From contig OZ287754.1 in the NCBI GenBank assembly GCA_965649765.1, positions 14,136,001-14,200,000 on the forward strand: DNA of 64,000 nucleotides. The letters are read 5' to 3'. The notes under the pieces were generated by a model, which made no database searches, was not told where the DNA came from, and worked only from the letters and a program-made list of their open reading frames with translations. The stretch's first letter is position 1, and each line of letters begins with the position of its first letter. The DNA comes from Bispira polyomma (Eukaryota). Of the stretch, positions 13,301 to 28,300 are shown piece after piece. The translations under genes were made by a program, and so were the position numbers.

Positions 13301-16300
13301 TCCGGAACCTTCTGATCACCATACCCATGCCCCTACTGGCATTTAAACCGGGAACCTCTTGATTACCAGACCAACTCCTTAATTCCACTAGGCCATGGGA
13401 GAACACAAAAAAACTTAAATGATATTCTACTTATATATGTTACAGTTAATCTGTGAAACCAGTCATTACGCGTAATGACTGAAACCACTAGTCATTACGT
13501 GTAATGACTGAAATTTGTGATTAATTTTTACACAGATTCACTAATTAGTAATATGAGATTTCAGTCAATCTGTGTAATGGTGTTAGTGATAGTTTTATGT
13601 GATAAGATGTAGGAAGTAAATATGGTATGACATATAAATATTTTAATGCCAAAAGTCTCTTTGTGTAACTGTTTTGCAGCAGCAGCAGGTGGACTTAAAT
13701 TCTATGAAGCATTGTTAAAATTCATAAATTTCATGCATTATAAGTGTCTTGGGTGGGATTGATTTGTGTAACTTACCATTATTTCATGCATTGTAAGTAT
13801 CTCAAGCAGGGTTTTATATTGTGTGAATAACAAAATACAATTGGGAAATATTTTATAATTTATCCTCTAAATGGGAATGGGTTCACATGTGACTTCTATG
13901 ATTTTAAAAAGTCCATGTTCTTTGATGTTTTATGTTGTTATTTGAAAGCAAATTTCAAAAAAGAACAAAAGTAGCTGATGGATACTATGAAGTTAAGCTT
14001 GTCCACTGGTATTGCTTCAAGTGCAATCCAGCATAATCCTTCTTTTGTAGTTGACTTATTTGTGTTGCTACCTGTGTGAGGGTTTAATTTAGTTTAGTTA
14101 TCTTTATGCAACTACTTCACAGTGTGAAAGCCTTAGTAGAGATTTAGTTGAGCTCCAACTTAACCCTGAGTATCACTTTTAAATGCAACTGTGCTAGAAA
14201 TATAATAATGTGAATTCAACAGATGCAAGCGCTTTATAAACCAAATTAAATGCTTCAGTAATTGTCATAGCAGCATCTCGTGTAAAAATATATGGATAGA
14301 TAGAAAAAAAATTTTTATTATTATTCTGACATGGTGTGATACATATGTACATATATACAGAAGTTTTATTAATTATCAACACTCAGCTTTAAGGTTTGTA
14401 AGTTAGTTTAAATATGATATACCAATTCAATGTGTGTACAAAAAATCCTTACAAATTTTGATTTCCTATATTTCCACAACTTACACAAACATTTTGCCAA
14501 TATTTTAATATGTTTATCTTTGAGTGACATAAAATGAATGGATATTTACAAAATATAGAGTACATGTAGAAATAAACACTCAAGGGGAAACTAATGGAAT
14601 TAACCATGGTTATCTTTAGTCTTTATAATTTATATTTTGAATATGTGCTGATAGAGAGCAATAAATGTGTGTTTACCCATATTTTATCAAATTATATGTT
14701 TTATACTTTATTGTATGTCTATGTTAGTGTGTAATAAACATCAGCTTGTTTGTCTTCAAATGTTCCATTTCCTATTGAACATAATGATATATGGCAATAT
14801 GGCAAGAAAAAGGCAAACACGTACTACCAAGAAGATGAACTATTAAAAATACTTAAATTGACAGTAAAAATTTCATTTGAAAAATATGTGATCATGATAC
14901 ATTATATTATTGGTCTGCTCAATGTAGTTTCAATCATTACTCTTAATGACTGGACCATATTTTCAGTCATTATCAGTCAATTATGACTAAATTTTAGTCA
15001 TTATGTGTAATGACTAGTAGTTTCAGGTATTACTCGAAATGACTGAAAGTTTCTGTCATTGAGCGTAATGACTGGTTTCACAGATTGACTGTAACATATA
15101 TACATATATAAATATATTGATGTTGTTTATGACTTGTACTGCTAGACTCTGAAGTTCACGATGCCACAGTATGTGTAAACATCAACAGTTGTTGTGAGAT
15201 TGCATATGACATTCAAGTCAAGAAGTGTCCAGATGAAAAGTATATCTACAGATTGGCAGAGCCTGTTGCTTGTGATTTAGCATACTGTGCAGGTTCTGGG
15301 CTACCTTGTGAACCTGGAAAAGTTTGGGTGGAATCACTTGAAAAGTGTTCTGGTGTGGATTGGTTTATATTTATTTATTTATTTATGCATATGGAGTATT
15401 GGTTGTCTTATCAATTATTTTAAATGCATGTATATTTCTAAAGGCATAGTCCAGATTGCATAAAGTAAACACTCCCCAAAAAAGTGAAAACATATTTTAA
15501 ATTTGCAATCAAACAATTTTAATCGTCAATAAAATAATCTTAATCGACAAAAATTAATTGATTCTAGAATTCAAACTACAATATTTTTGGAAGCATTGTA
15601 ACTGTATCGTTTTAACTTCAAAACATATTTTTACCACTGTCAGATGGCTATCCTGTGATGTCTGGTCCCCCACATTTATCTGATCCTATTGCTCCAGATG
15701 ACCTATTTCGAGGAACATTTCAATTTAGATGTACAATCAATTACTCAGATAATGACGGTAGAGCCATGTTTGAAGTGTACTGGTATTTTGACAATGAAGA
15801 GGTACAAGTGCTGATTTAACATTTTCTTGTTTGAAATTATACTTCCAAATTACATATTAAACAGGCGTCAATCTTTAAGTCTAATAAGTACTGGTATTCT
15901 GTTTTTAGTCTTGTTACAAATGAGCCAAGGACACAAAGCTTTCACTACAACATTTTAGATTTTCACCATGTAACTACAATCTCCACTTATGGAGAATATC
16001 TAAAATAGCTAGATACAATCGAACATTTTTATTTTGAATGTCAAAATGTCTATCTTCTATGGAAAAAGATCAATAAATGAATAAGCCAATTATTTAAAGT
16101 TCACATTGACCTGACCATTTTAGAAATACTATTAGATATGAACAAAGTATGATATTTTTGACATTATCAATTTTCTTATTTTACATGTTATATGGAATAT
16201 ATATATATGTATTTTTAGAAAAAGCAGGTTACCATTACATATTATAGTTTTCTGTTTTTAAAAGATAGAATAAAAATCGAGTTGTATCTGATGCACATTA

Positions 16301-19300
16301 GTAATATTGCAAAACATAATAAAGTTAACATATTCAATTGATTGGAAAATTAGTATGTATGTTGCAAGGTCAATATGTAATTCTTTATCTACGTTTGTAT
16401 CCACAATTTGTTTAGTGACATATATATCTATGTTAAAACATAGTAGAAGTATTTAATTCATAAAAAAATGCATACCTTTGTTATAGAAAGTTGTAATGCA
16501 GTGTCGGACTATAAAAATTTAAATCTTTTTTTCGAAAACCATGTCTGTAAAACATTGAAACAAATTCTAATAACTAGATTACCTTCAAGTCATTGAAGTA
16601 TACCTTCAATGAATGATAAACATTTTACAAAAAATGTGGTATTACTATAAGCTTCAGTTAGTATCGAAAATTAGGTATGGTACAAGCCACTGGCTAAATT
16701 ACAGATTAAGGTAATAAAAATTTTAATAAAAACATTTGCTTAATATTATAATTTTACACTCTGTTGGTTGCCTATATTTTAAAATACTCAAAATTTAAAC
16801 ATGTTTAAAGCTATATGACTCATAAATAATAGTGAAAAAGAGATAACCTATGATAAAGGTCACACTTTATAAAAATTAAAAATACAAACTTGTATAATAT
16901 GAAAACTGAACATCAACAAATACATATAGTGTCACATAATACTAGCTAGTTCACCAATACTAGGTACAGCCCATGTTACAGCTACGTTATTAAATCTGAG
17001 ATAATTCTGAAGAGAGTATCCTAAAATTTACAGTAGAAATGAACAGTGGAGAACGAGGTTCTATGCCATTATGTCCTGGTCACACCTACACGTTCTAGAG
17101 CTTCGTTTGTGTCACGTTGTGTGAATTTAGGAAACGGTTTGAAACGTAGTAGGAAGTAAGGATCCTTTCTGTGATCGTTTCTTTACGTTTTCCGACGGAT
17201 AAAATCGTTCCCAAAACGTCTCCGTTTTGTCTTTTTTGTGTAGTGCTTCAAACTGTTTGAAACGCTACAGCCTCAGCTCCGTTTCTCCCCGTTTCTCTGT
17301 TCGTCCCCGAACGTTTCCGAAGGTAGCATAGATGTATCAGTGAGTAGCTATATGTAGTGGTAGGTAGCGAGGAAGTTCCAGTAAGTAGTGAGATCGTCTC
17401 CAGTCGTTGTATTTGTTTTACTAAGCAGCAGAACGAAGCAGAACGCACCAATAAGTAGCAGTACAGTAGCTACACCTAGTAGTAGGTAGTGATATTCTAC
17501 CAGTAAAGGGCCCGTTCTTTGCCCCTGCTCCTTGTGTATAAGTACCAACATCATCACGAAACGTCATGAAACGTCACAAAAACGTCACAATCAACTACCC
17601 CTTTATCTAAGTGACGTCACTTTGACACAGAACTTCCACGTTTTCAGTGTATATCAATTGGGTACGTTGAGAGACGTTAACAGGTGTAGGTGTGACCAGG
17701 TCATTACCAACGTTTTGGCTATGGGCATTATTACCACCGATCTGCTCATTTTTTTTGTTAAATGAAGTAATGCTGTGTACATATATATTCTGAGAACGAC
17801 CCCAGTTTTATCTAAATATGAGTAAGGATTGTTTTGTTTGTTTCTTTAAGTGCAAAGATTATCCATGTGTTTTAATCACTATATGTTTTAGGATCCGAAT
17901 GTTGGACCGGAACAAATTGATGGGACAGAAGCCTATCTTGATGAGCTGAAACTGGTTGGACATGTTGGGAAAACGGTATTTCATTGTCTTCACAAGTTGT
18001 ATGTTGTCCTGGTGTAATGGGCTTGATGAAGTATATGAACTCACTTTTCAATTATTAATTTTTTTCCTCCATTTTAGCAATATTTTTTTCCTAAGGATCA
18101 GATATATTAAAAACGCTTGTGTTACTTTAGTAGCAAAACAACCATGGAACAAAGCTGACAACATATCTTTGTCTATTTTTTAAAACAGTAATCACCAAAT
18201 AGTGCTTCAATTTTCTAAAAAAGTTTGCTTGATTTATATGTATATATATAGATATATACAGTTACTGTATATTTTCTAGTTTGGTCTATAGTTTGAGCAT
18301 TTAACATGTTTTCTCTTCTAGTTAGCCTAGTTGACCTGGCACAGTCATAAAAGTAAAAAATTGGACATGGCGGTATCACAGTCTCGTGCCACCCCTTAAA
18401 CACCTTTACATATTATTATGTTCAATGGTATTACCAAGTATACCAATCTGTAGGATTCTAGTCTAGTAGCTCAGGTTATATTTACTAGTTGTGTGGATAT
18501 GTCTTTCTATTATACAATAACTATAGCTGTATGATTGTGTTATAACAGGTTGCATTATTGTACCATTTATAGTTGCAGTTTCAAGTGCCTTCACAATTAC
18601 AATTATTAGGCAACTAAAAATCTAAAAACATTGCTTTAATTCTATCTTGACAACATTCTTGGGATTAAATCTTGTCAAACTTATTTTGTTGAAAGAAACA
18701 GTAATTACCATCAACACAATATAAAATACAGGACACTGCATTGTAAAAGCCTATTTTTACTGATGCCATACTTAAATTGATGTTTAAATTCATTGAAACC
18801 ATTTTCCTAATTTGATTGATTGTTATACCTTCTTATTTATGCCTTTTTGCGATAGATTCAGTATGAGACATGTTAAGGTGTTAAGCATGTAGTTACTGTT
18901 AACATGATGGTGCTTCTTTGAAGGTTTCGTGTGGTGCTAGGAGTTATTGGCCAGACCATCCAAATACACCAAGTGACACACTAATTAGTGACAATGGATA
19001 CTGGGTTGGGATTAAGGTACATTATGGACACGTTCTATTTCTTTTATCCATTGCCATCAATAATAAATCCGTATATAATGTAAGTGGTAGAGAAAACTAA
19101 AAGGGCATATAGTAGAGCGTACACCTTTAGTCAAAGAATACTGTGCTAAAGTGCTTCTGACAATCGAAGTTACATGAAAAAGAAAGGCATTTTGGAATAA
19201 AGTATACTTAAATTGATATAATTTGGAGAGGGTTGAAAGCTGTTCATCAAATTCAATATTTGATTGTACTGTACTTATGGCAAACGTAACCAACCAACAA

Positions 19301-22300
19301 ACACGAGTAAAAACATAAGCTCCTCTACGAAGATAATTGGCTAGTGTGGCTACTGAAAGTGTTTCTACATAATTTACTTGAAATACCATGACATTTTTAT
19401 GATATAAATTTAGTTAACATTTTGGTAGAAATTACATAGAGGAAAATCTCTTTCGAACAATTACCAAATAAACATGGTATGCTATTGCAGGTTCCAGCGG
19501 AAGTAAATCTTACTGAAAGTAAAGCCGATACCACAATAGAATTAGAATCCACAGTTCCTATAACTTGTGGTTGCTGCAGAAAGACTGATACTCAAGATGG
19601 GTTTAAAGATCAGACTGAATGTCAGTAAGTTATTTAATGAGTATTTCACTCAGCATAAAAATCATAAGACCCTTTGTTATTTGGGAATAAATAATAATAA
19701 TCAAAATTTGAGCATAAAATCTCTTTTCTAAATTTAGAGGGCAATATTAATCCGTCATTTGAGGGATGTTTGATTGCATTATCTTTCTGTATTTTTAAAC
19801 AAAAGTATTGATTAAAAAACTGGTTCAAAACAATAATGGCTATAAATTCTGTTTTGTTTTCAGATTATTTATAACGGTAAACAAAAAAATATTTAGGCAG
19901 TTCATGTTATAACTTAAATCATAGCAATAAATAAACAACGTCTGGTGTGTGATCGTCCTGAGATCAAACAAATACAGCCCATTGGTGGCACATACTAGGA
20001 ACAAGATGTTCGGTTTGTTCCTACTAGGGCAACTAGGATTACCCGTGATCGGCACGCAGTGTCATATTTTGTCAGCATCGGTTACATCGGTGATATTTGA
20101 GTACTTGAAACCTATTAAATTATCGCTTATAATCCTTAGTCACTTCATCAAAACAATAGTTTGTTATAATGTTTGCAGCTATGTATGTTTTTCACCTAAT
20201 TCCTAATATTTCCTAAGATGGTTGTTTTTTTTGTTCACTGGATTTTGTTTACATCAGCCGCCATATTGCCTGACCGGTTTCTGAGATTTGTTCATACTAA
20301 CTTTGCGGGCACCCTAATTTAAGAAGATTGTATCTTCGTGATTGCCTGGCCTGCATTTTTGCATTTGTGTGACATAATACATAAAAATTATGCTAGAGAC
20401 AAATTATGCTAGATAAATATAGCTTTCATGGTAACAATTTAAAGACAACGTAATATCAAAACTTACAAGAATCTCAGCTTTCATATTTGGCATAGATATG
20501 GGATCCATTTTTATGAGTGGGTTGTAGTAATAGTATTCTATGGCCAATCAGAGAATTTAAACCCAAAAAAATGAAGTGTGACGTCAGTTTTGGGTGAAGG
20601 TAGTTTCGTTATATAGCTGTAAAATAGCGTGCGCAGTAGGTGTGTAGGAATTCTGGGTACAAAAAACGAAAGATCAAATTGTATAAAAACAATTAATATG
20701 GAAGTCTTAAAAATCGAAAATCAAAATCAATTTTTATAATATATTACCATATTGTGTAGTTTGTTTTAATTTCTTTTTCACAGATTTTGAAGTATATATG
20801 TTACAGTAAAAATGTGAAATCATAAAAAACGCACATTTACTGAAAATTTCAGTAAATTCGCGTACTTAGTGGTTTTGGGCCTGCATTATTCCACAAGTTT
20901 ACTGGTGGTCATTTTAGTAAACATGTGGAATGTGTTCATTTTACCACCTTAAGGCAAAAAAGGTTATTCTAATACAGCCTCTGATGAGAATACCCATAGG
21001 AGTTCGAAATATATTAACCAATATTAATATATAAGGCAGTCAGATTACTCCTGTCACCTGCACCAAGTTCAAACAAACTTTTATATTATTCACTTGGGTA
21101 TATAACCATGAGTGCAAGTGACACAGCTCCATCCCAGCACTTAAAGCAGATAGGCAAGAAAAACAATTTTAGCATATTTTAACATAGACAATAAATGATG
21201 GTGAATACAATACAACACACATTCCCACTCCCTCTAGTATGTGTAGAACTAGAGCTTTTTATCTCAAATCTGACAAGTGATCCATCTCTCCCGCTCAAAC
21301 AGGCAATGTTTTGATATGACATCAGTATAGCCACCAGTACACTGTACATGCACTGATATATAGTGTAGTTTAATTCCTTCCCTTCTCTCTCTTTTATTTA
21401 TCTCTCTCTATATATGGATACATATGCTGTTATATACCAAAACAGTTTACTGCTAGTTTTCTGTAAAGTTTCTTGTATAAATATTAATATTTTAGTGGAT
21501 TATCACTCTACATTGAGCTATATATTCATACACACATCTCCTGTATCTACATATTGCATGTACTAGACATACAGAATGTATACTGGGTTGTTACTTGTTC
21601 CACCCTATTGGAGTTAATATAATGTATATACAAATTAAAATTGTATACTGCTTTGTCCATGACTGTAAAAATGATTCTAGATCTCAAAAATCTGTGTTCA
21701 TGGCCCACTCAGTGACAAAGACTGGATAGTGAATGGCTGTAGGGCTCATAAAGGATTACAAATGTTTCTCAATAACAAAGTTTTTTTGAAAGATATTGGA
21801 CAACTGTCATTGGGTCAATCTTTGTATCAAAGTTTACCACAGGATTTCTGATTAAGATGAAATAATTGTTTATGCATATAACTGTAAAGATGACTGTAAT
21901 GGCCTTAAATTTAGTTTTTGATAACAATTGACATAGTGAAATAATTACAAATATGAAAACGTATCTGGCACAGTTTAAACAAAAAGCTGTGAGTTAAAAA
22001 ATACTGAATTGTTACATTTTTAATACTATAATAATTGAAGCTATTTGAGGTATTTAAATATTAAAATCACATAAATAGCAACTATTTTATTGTTTTTGAA
22101 AATGTTGTTTGTTAAAAAATCATGATAGTGAATAATGCATAAAAGTTATCATTGAGAAGCTGATTACCTTGTATATAGTCACAAATATTTTGGTACATTA
22201 TTACCATTTTTATATATTCATACAATGTAAAAACATTTATTATTACCAGTGTCTGAAATACTGCATTAGACATAACCCAAACTATTCTAAGAATAAAAGC

Positions 22301-25300
22301 TTTGTGATAATATGGCTGTTTATTACTATAACTTAAGTGTGTACCAGGGTCGGGGCCGATGTAATAGAAGTAATAGAAAAGTAATAGATTTGTTGAAATA
22401 ATAGTTATAGATTTCAAAATTTGAAATGTAATAATAATAGTAATTGATTGCAAAGTAATAGATTTATCTATTACTTTTCTTTTACTTTCTATAATTTTCA
22501 TTATCGAACATATTCTATTAGGCACTCACATTAGTTACACTGCATAACAAATTAAATATTGCAAGATTTCCACTCGCAACACAGAGGTTATTTAAATGAA
22601 CCATTTTCAGTAACCTCATTGACAAGGGACATTTGATATATATTGATTCCCCTTTTTAAAATTATTTCATGTTAAAAACCCATATACATGTACATCTATT
22701 CAGATTTTTTACACTTAAAACATTTTGAATTTTAGAAAACACTTTTTCAAGAAATAAAACCTTATATGAACAAAATGATAATGTATAATTACAAATGATA
22801 CATAAAATCAGACTTTTTTGTCAAATCTCAGATCTGTCAAATCTCAGATTATTAAATCTCAGACTGTTTTGTTTCTAATTTATTAAGCTTTTAACTAATT
22901 TTAGTGTGATAAGTATAGGATTTATTTAGTTATTATGGCAAGTATAGGATTTATTTAGCAATTAAATGTTTTATTGTTCTTTTAAATATATGTTGTTTTT
23001 ATCTTACAGTGTATCATTGTAGAAGTAATAGAAAGTATTAGTAATAGATTCAAAATTTATAATGTAGTAGTAATAGATGGCATGTAATAGATGACATGTA
23101 ATAGACCCCCAACCCTGGTGTGTACCTGAGCAATAATTCTGAAAATATATCCTTATGACTTCCACACAAATCAGCTGGAATCTGATCATTTTCACTGCTT
23201 TCTGAAGTTGTTTTACTACAAGAGTCCTGATGTAATGGATTTGATTTGGGGGGGTTCAAAACAGTAAGATTTTAAAACTCCCTGAAATCTTTTTTCACTA
23301 AATTCCTCATCAGAACAAAAAATGGTATCCATACTTATAAATGGTGAACTGCAATTCAGTTTTCAAGTATTCTATATTTCTTTGTACATCTATAGGAAAG
23401 TAAGCCAGTTGCACTTTTATTCTTAGTGTTATGACAGAATTGATAGAAAGCCACTTTATAATATTAGTATACAATAGTATACAAGTACAAAATATATTGA
23501 GAATTACCTCCACAATTACATAAACTTTTACAGCATGCCTGAGTACTGCATACACAGAATCTCTATATAAAATCCCCCTCACTATAATGATGTCACACAG
23601 CTGAGAGAGCTTTCCAGGAGAAAAACAAACACATTTCTCTACAGTGGAGATAAAAAGCCAAATATCTGCTGTGGTGTGTGTGTGTTTTTACAAGAAAGAG
23701 TTGAGAAGTGTGTATAAGTACACAAACCAGTTTGAATATTATAGGATTCATGCATTTGGTGAAAATAATTGCCCATCTGCTTTAACCACCTATAAGTGGA
23801 ATAAAGTTCAACATTCAATACTCCAGAGTCAGGTACACGTATACCTGGCAACAGATTGAGTCATCATACTCTGAGCCTACTGGTAGAAGCCGCAAAAAAA
23901 ACTTGTGGCCCCCCCCCAAACCCATCAAAAGTCCACCCCAGTTTTCAGGCACTTTAGTCAGACAACACTCTGCCAAAAATATGGAGTTCAGTATTGTTTA
24001 TTGGTTAGGCTTGGATAATGAGGCAAATAATACAGAGAGATGCAGATGTCAAGAACTGTACTATATTTGGTCCTTACCAACCCTCTACCCCAACTGGGAT
24101 TAATGTATTTGTGTGATGAGGCCCTCTTACCTGGCACCCTTACCCTAGTGCCCCTTTACCCTTCATATGATATACATGTAGTATTATTTGGTGGTTTGTG
24201 TTTAAAGTTATTAAAGTATCTGGATTTAGTTAGGTCACTTTAAAGCATGCCACATCACATGTATTTTGTATATAGATTATTGTTCATTTACACAAGTGTG
24301 GTTAAAATATTGGTTGACACATATTACATACAAATTGAACACTCTTAATTGTTTTACATTTAAAATTGAATAATTATAAAACTGTGAAAATTAAATATAA
24401 TTTTAAATTACTGTTTTATTAAATAAAGAATAAAGGTTATAAGGTACAAGTTTGTAAAACTTTCTTTTGATATTAATGTAACCAGTTAACTGTGGCTTCT
24501 ATAGCATCCAAATATCGTCAAAGACTCAATTACATGTCTGTACAGGCCACACTAGCTTTGAAGGTAATATGGTAATTAAATGAAAAGAACCCTATACAAA
24601 CCCTTCTTTTGATGTAGCTAAAACTGTAAAATGTGGTTTCTGTGTAAGGTAAATATCCTGGAAGACTCACAATTGCCTATATTGATGCTGGTCATCCAAT
24701 TATATGTGATACTTGTGGCTTCTTAACTTTAAATACAATTACAGGTAAGTTGAGATGTGGCTTCTCAGATTGAGAAATCCATTGGGCCAGATTAAGAAGG
24801 TTCAAAATAATCACCCATTGAATTTAAAGTTGGCCATTAATTGTAATTATCACATACTCTTGTATATAAATAAAGACTGCTTGCCTGCTATCAATTCATT
24901 TAAGACTTGTACATGTACAAAATGGCTGATTTAGTTGAACATAGATTCATACAAGATTTATACACTAAATTTCAGCAAACTAAAAAAAATTATTCCAAAA
25001 GATGAATATTTTCAAATGATTGAAAAGATAAAAAATGCTGAACAAAATAAGAGCAGACATACATACTATTACCAACTACTTATACATCAAATAGTGTGGA
25101 AAAGGAAAAATAAAAAGTTTGACAAACATTGCTTATACCTTATATGAAGTTCGCCAATCAATATACAGTAAAATATGTGAAACCATGACCTTCTTTGTTG
25201 TTAGGATTAAATAATATGACATTTGCAAAGGTATAGTTTTTATTTTTATACTGGTAGTATCACAGATTTGAGGAATTTGTATTTATCGCCAAATAAAGAT

Positions 25301-28300
25301 TTACACTAGCGAATTAAAATCAGTTTGGTGATAGATATATTAAGTTAATGAGGGCAAAAACAGCACTTTCTGCTTTTTGTATTATTTTTATTCTTATCGC
25401 CCACTGAAGACGGACCATATACCGACTGTGTCCTTGTCAGTAATGGTGGACTCGCAAATTTCAGAATATTGTAGGCGCATCCGCAATCTTCACAAATGTT
25501 GCGGCCCAGGACCACCAGATTCTCATTTTGTTGAGACTAGTTGTCTGGATAGCTGGGCATGGGCAACCAAAGTTTGTCCTAGCTAGTTCCTGGAAACTGT
25601 AAGACCAAGGAAACTTGCATTTGTTACAATTGTTACTTCCTGTATGCAGTCATGCCAGATTGTGGTCTGATTTAAGCCAAACACTGTGAGGTTTCGGCAT
25701 CTTTGATGCTATTGTTTATACTACAGTTGCTTTATTATTAGGTTCGAAATCAAGATGAATTCAGCTCCGAAGATTAGCAATGTGCCAAGTAATTGCATTG
25801 CAATTTTTAACCCGTCTAAGACAAGAGCAACCTTCACCTTAAGTCCAGTGCGGGAATACACACAACGGAGAGACCTTACACAAGTGTTTTATCAAAATGT
25901 TAAATATAGTGCTGATGCAACAGCAATTTGGAAAGACTACAATATTGGCCCTTCCAAGGTAATCAAAGCTAGTTATATATAACCCCAACACCAACTTCAT
26001 TAGTTATTTATGTTGTCAAACGGCCTCACTCTTAGGGTTGATGGAATAAGTAATGAATGGTAATAGTAATGATCACACTTACTAAACATACTTTTATTAA
26101 ACATATTAAACATAATATTTTTTACTATGACTAAATTGTATTTCTGGTCATTTTCAGGAAAACTATTACAAAGTTTGGGCATGTAACGAAAAACATGGCT
26201 GCCGTTCATGTCCATGTGAACAGAGTTCTGCTTATTTAGGAAAAAGTAGTTCACATATCTTTACCAAATTTAATACACAAGTTTATTATTGGGTGTAGTC
26301 TGTGTGGGATTGAGTCTGGCTCATTAAAAAAAAAATGCTGTCATCAATGTAAAAATGGTTTCTGCTCAAGTGTAGCCCTAGATTATGTGAACAATTTTCC
26401 CATAGAAACATGTCCAATGTGTTTATGACATGGGATGTCTTTACTTTCTCATTAAATTAAACATACATAGGGAGCCCTTTTTAGGACATACAAATATTTT
26501 TCACGCCCGTTATTGTGTGTTAACAAGATGATCTTGTGCTCACAATTTAATTATCTCATTGTAACAATATCATGTTGTTTTAACGAGATAATTAAATTGT
26601 GAGCACACGATTTTCTTGTTAAATCAAAATCTATCTCATAACAATGAGAAAATTAAGTTGTGGGAAAGGTATAATTAAATTGTGGACAATTCATCAAAAG
26701 ATAGAGATTTTAATACCATTTTGTATATCTAAACTGTGCATTATTTACAAAATAATATTACTGATTCTATGTGTTTTAGGTACATATTACCAATGACCAG
26801 AGAATGGGGCTATGTGAGTCAGTCACAGATCCCCACATCAAATCATTTGACAGAATGTCGAATAAGTTACCTTACTATCATCTGTATCAACCAGGAAAAT
26901 ATATACTTGTAAAAAGTACATCACCAAGAGTGCTAGAGGTATGTCAAACTCAAAAACTTATATATTTTTTATTGTCATCTAGTTACTTTAATAGTACTTA
27001 CTTGCATTTGGAGAAAATAAGGTCTGGATTGTTCATGCAATTATCAATGATAGACGTATAATTATCATGACAGCCTGGTAAAAAGAAAGGTAAACAAAGA
27101 AAGTATAGTTACGAACTCAGAATATCAAAAACTTTTACTGTTTAACTGCTACAGTAGCAGTACATCATGTGTGTGACGTCATGGCCATTGTTAGAGCTTT
27201 TGTATGTTTGATTGTTTAATCTTGTTATCGTAAAGAGATAGTCACTGACGGATACAAACTGTTTACAAATATAAATTATAATCTTTTTGCAATATTATTA
27301 TATCTAAAACTCGATTTTATAATGGTACTGTTTGCCTAGCAATTGTGGACAACCCTGTTTTAATACAAGACAAATATATTAATTCTGTGACAATATTTGC
27401 TTGTTTATCAATCGCAGATCAAAGTAGATGACTGTTGAGATGATTTACACAATGTAACATACACACTGATTGCACATGAATGCTACCCAGGCAGTACATG
27501 TTCAGAATTATTTAAGGTGATAAATCCGTACCTTTTGCTTGCAATGCCTGGTTTGGATTGATACAAAGATAATGATTACATATTATAAGTGCATACTGAA
27601 TGTAAATGACACTTGTGGCATGTATAATTAAGTTAAAGAAGACAACAAGCTCACCATCAACTCATTTTGATTGGCTTTATCTTCTTGCCGTATTTAATTT
27701 AATCATATAAACCACTAAGAGTACAGTTTTTTTAAATATTCAATTTTGTAGATACATTCTCTGTTACGGACATGTGAACTGAAAACTACAGTGGCGTGCA
27801 ACTGTGGAGTGGCAATCCGAGAAGGCAACCTGATGTATGGAGTTGATAACTGTAAAGGTCAATTCAGGACCTTCAAGAAAACTCTTGTGGATGGCACATT
27901 AAACAAGGGAACTTTAACTACAAATGCAGCTGGTACAACATTTACGGTATTGTTTATTATTGTGTATTTTAGTGTTGTTCAAGTAACCATAATATTAAAA
28001 TTGTCTGTTTGAAAACGTAGTGTTACGGTCATGGGAGCAAGCGCGGTAGCAATTACCAGTTGCTTTTAGGTTGTAACAAGAAAAGACAAAAAGTTTCACT
28101 TAACAAATTTATTTAACAAATAAAATAACAATTACAGAATTACAGTCAACTGAGATACTCTTAATAGTTCATACAATAATACAATAATGAAACCAATCTG
28201 ACCTGACCACAGTCCTGTCCACATAAGTAACAATTAAACAAGTTTGTCCACTGTATCCAGCAATCTGTCTTGAGATCCGCTCGGTGTCCACACAATGCAT

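Larger units (their letters stand above)
20799..25190 (+). mobile_element. Decayed Ginger2-like DNA transposon: left TGTTACAGT end plus KRBA2/SCAND3-like transposase N-terminal remnant at ~24922-25150; right boundary uncertain
   Basis: TATATA|TGTTACAGTAAA end; frameshifted peptide MADLVEHRFIQDLYTKF..IIPKDEYFQMIEKIKNAEQNKSRHTYYYQL resembles KRBA2-like integrase-type transposase N-termini (recall, not searched). Confidence 0.45.

Noticed and set aside
22112-23582. Several minus-strand ORFs of 60-137 aa
   Set aside because: Low-complexity AT-rich translations across a hAT MITE; no recognisable domain or exon structure.
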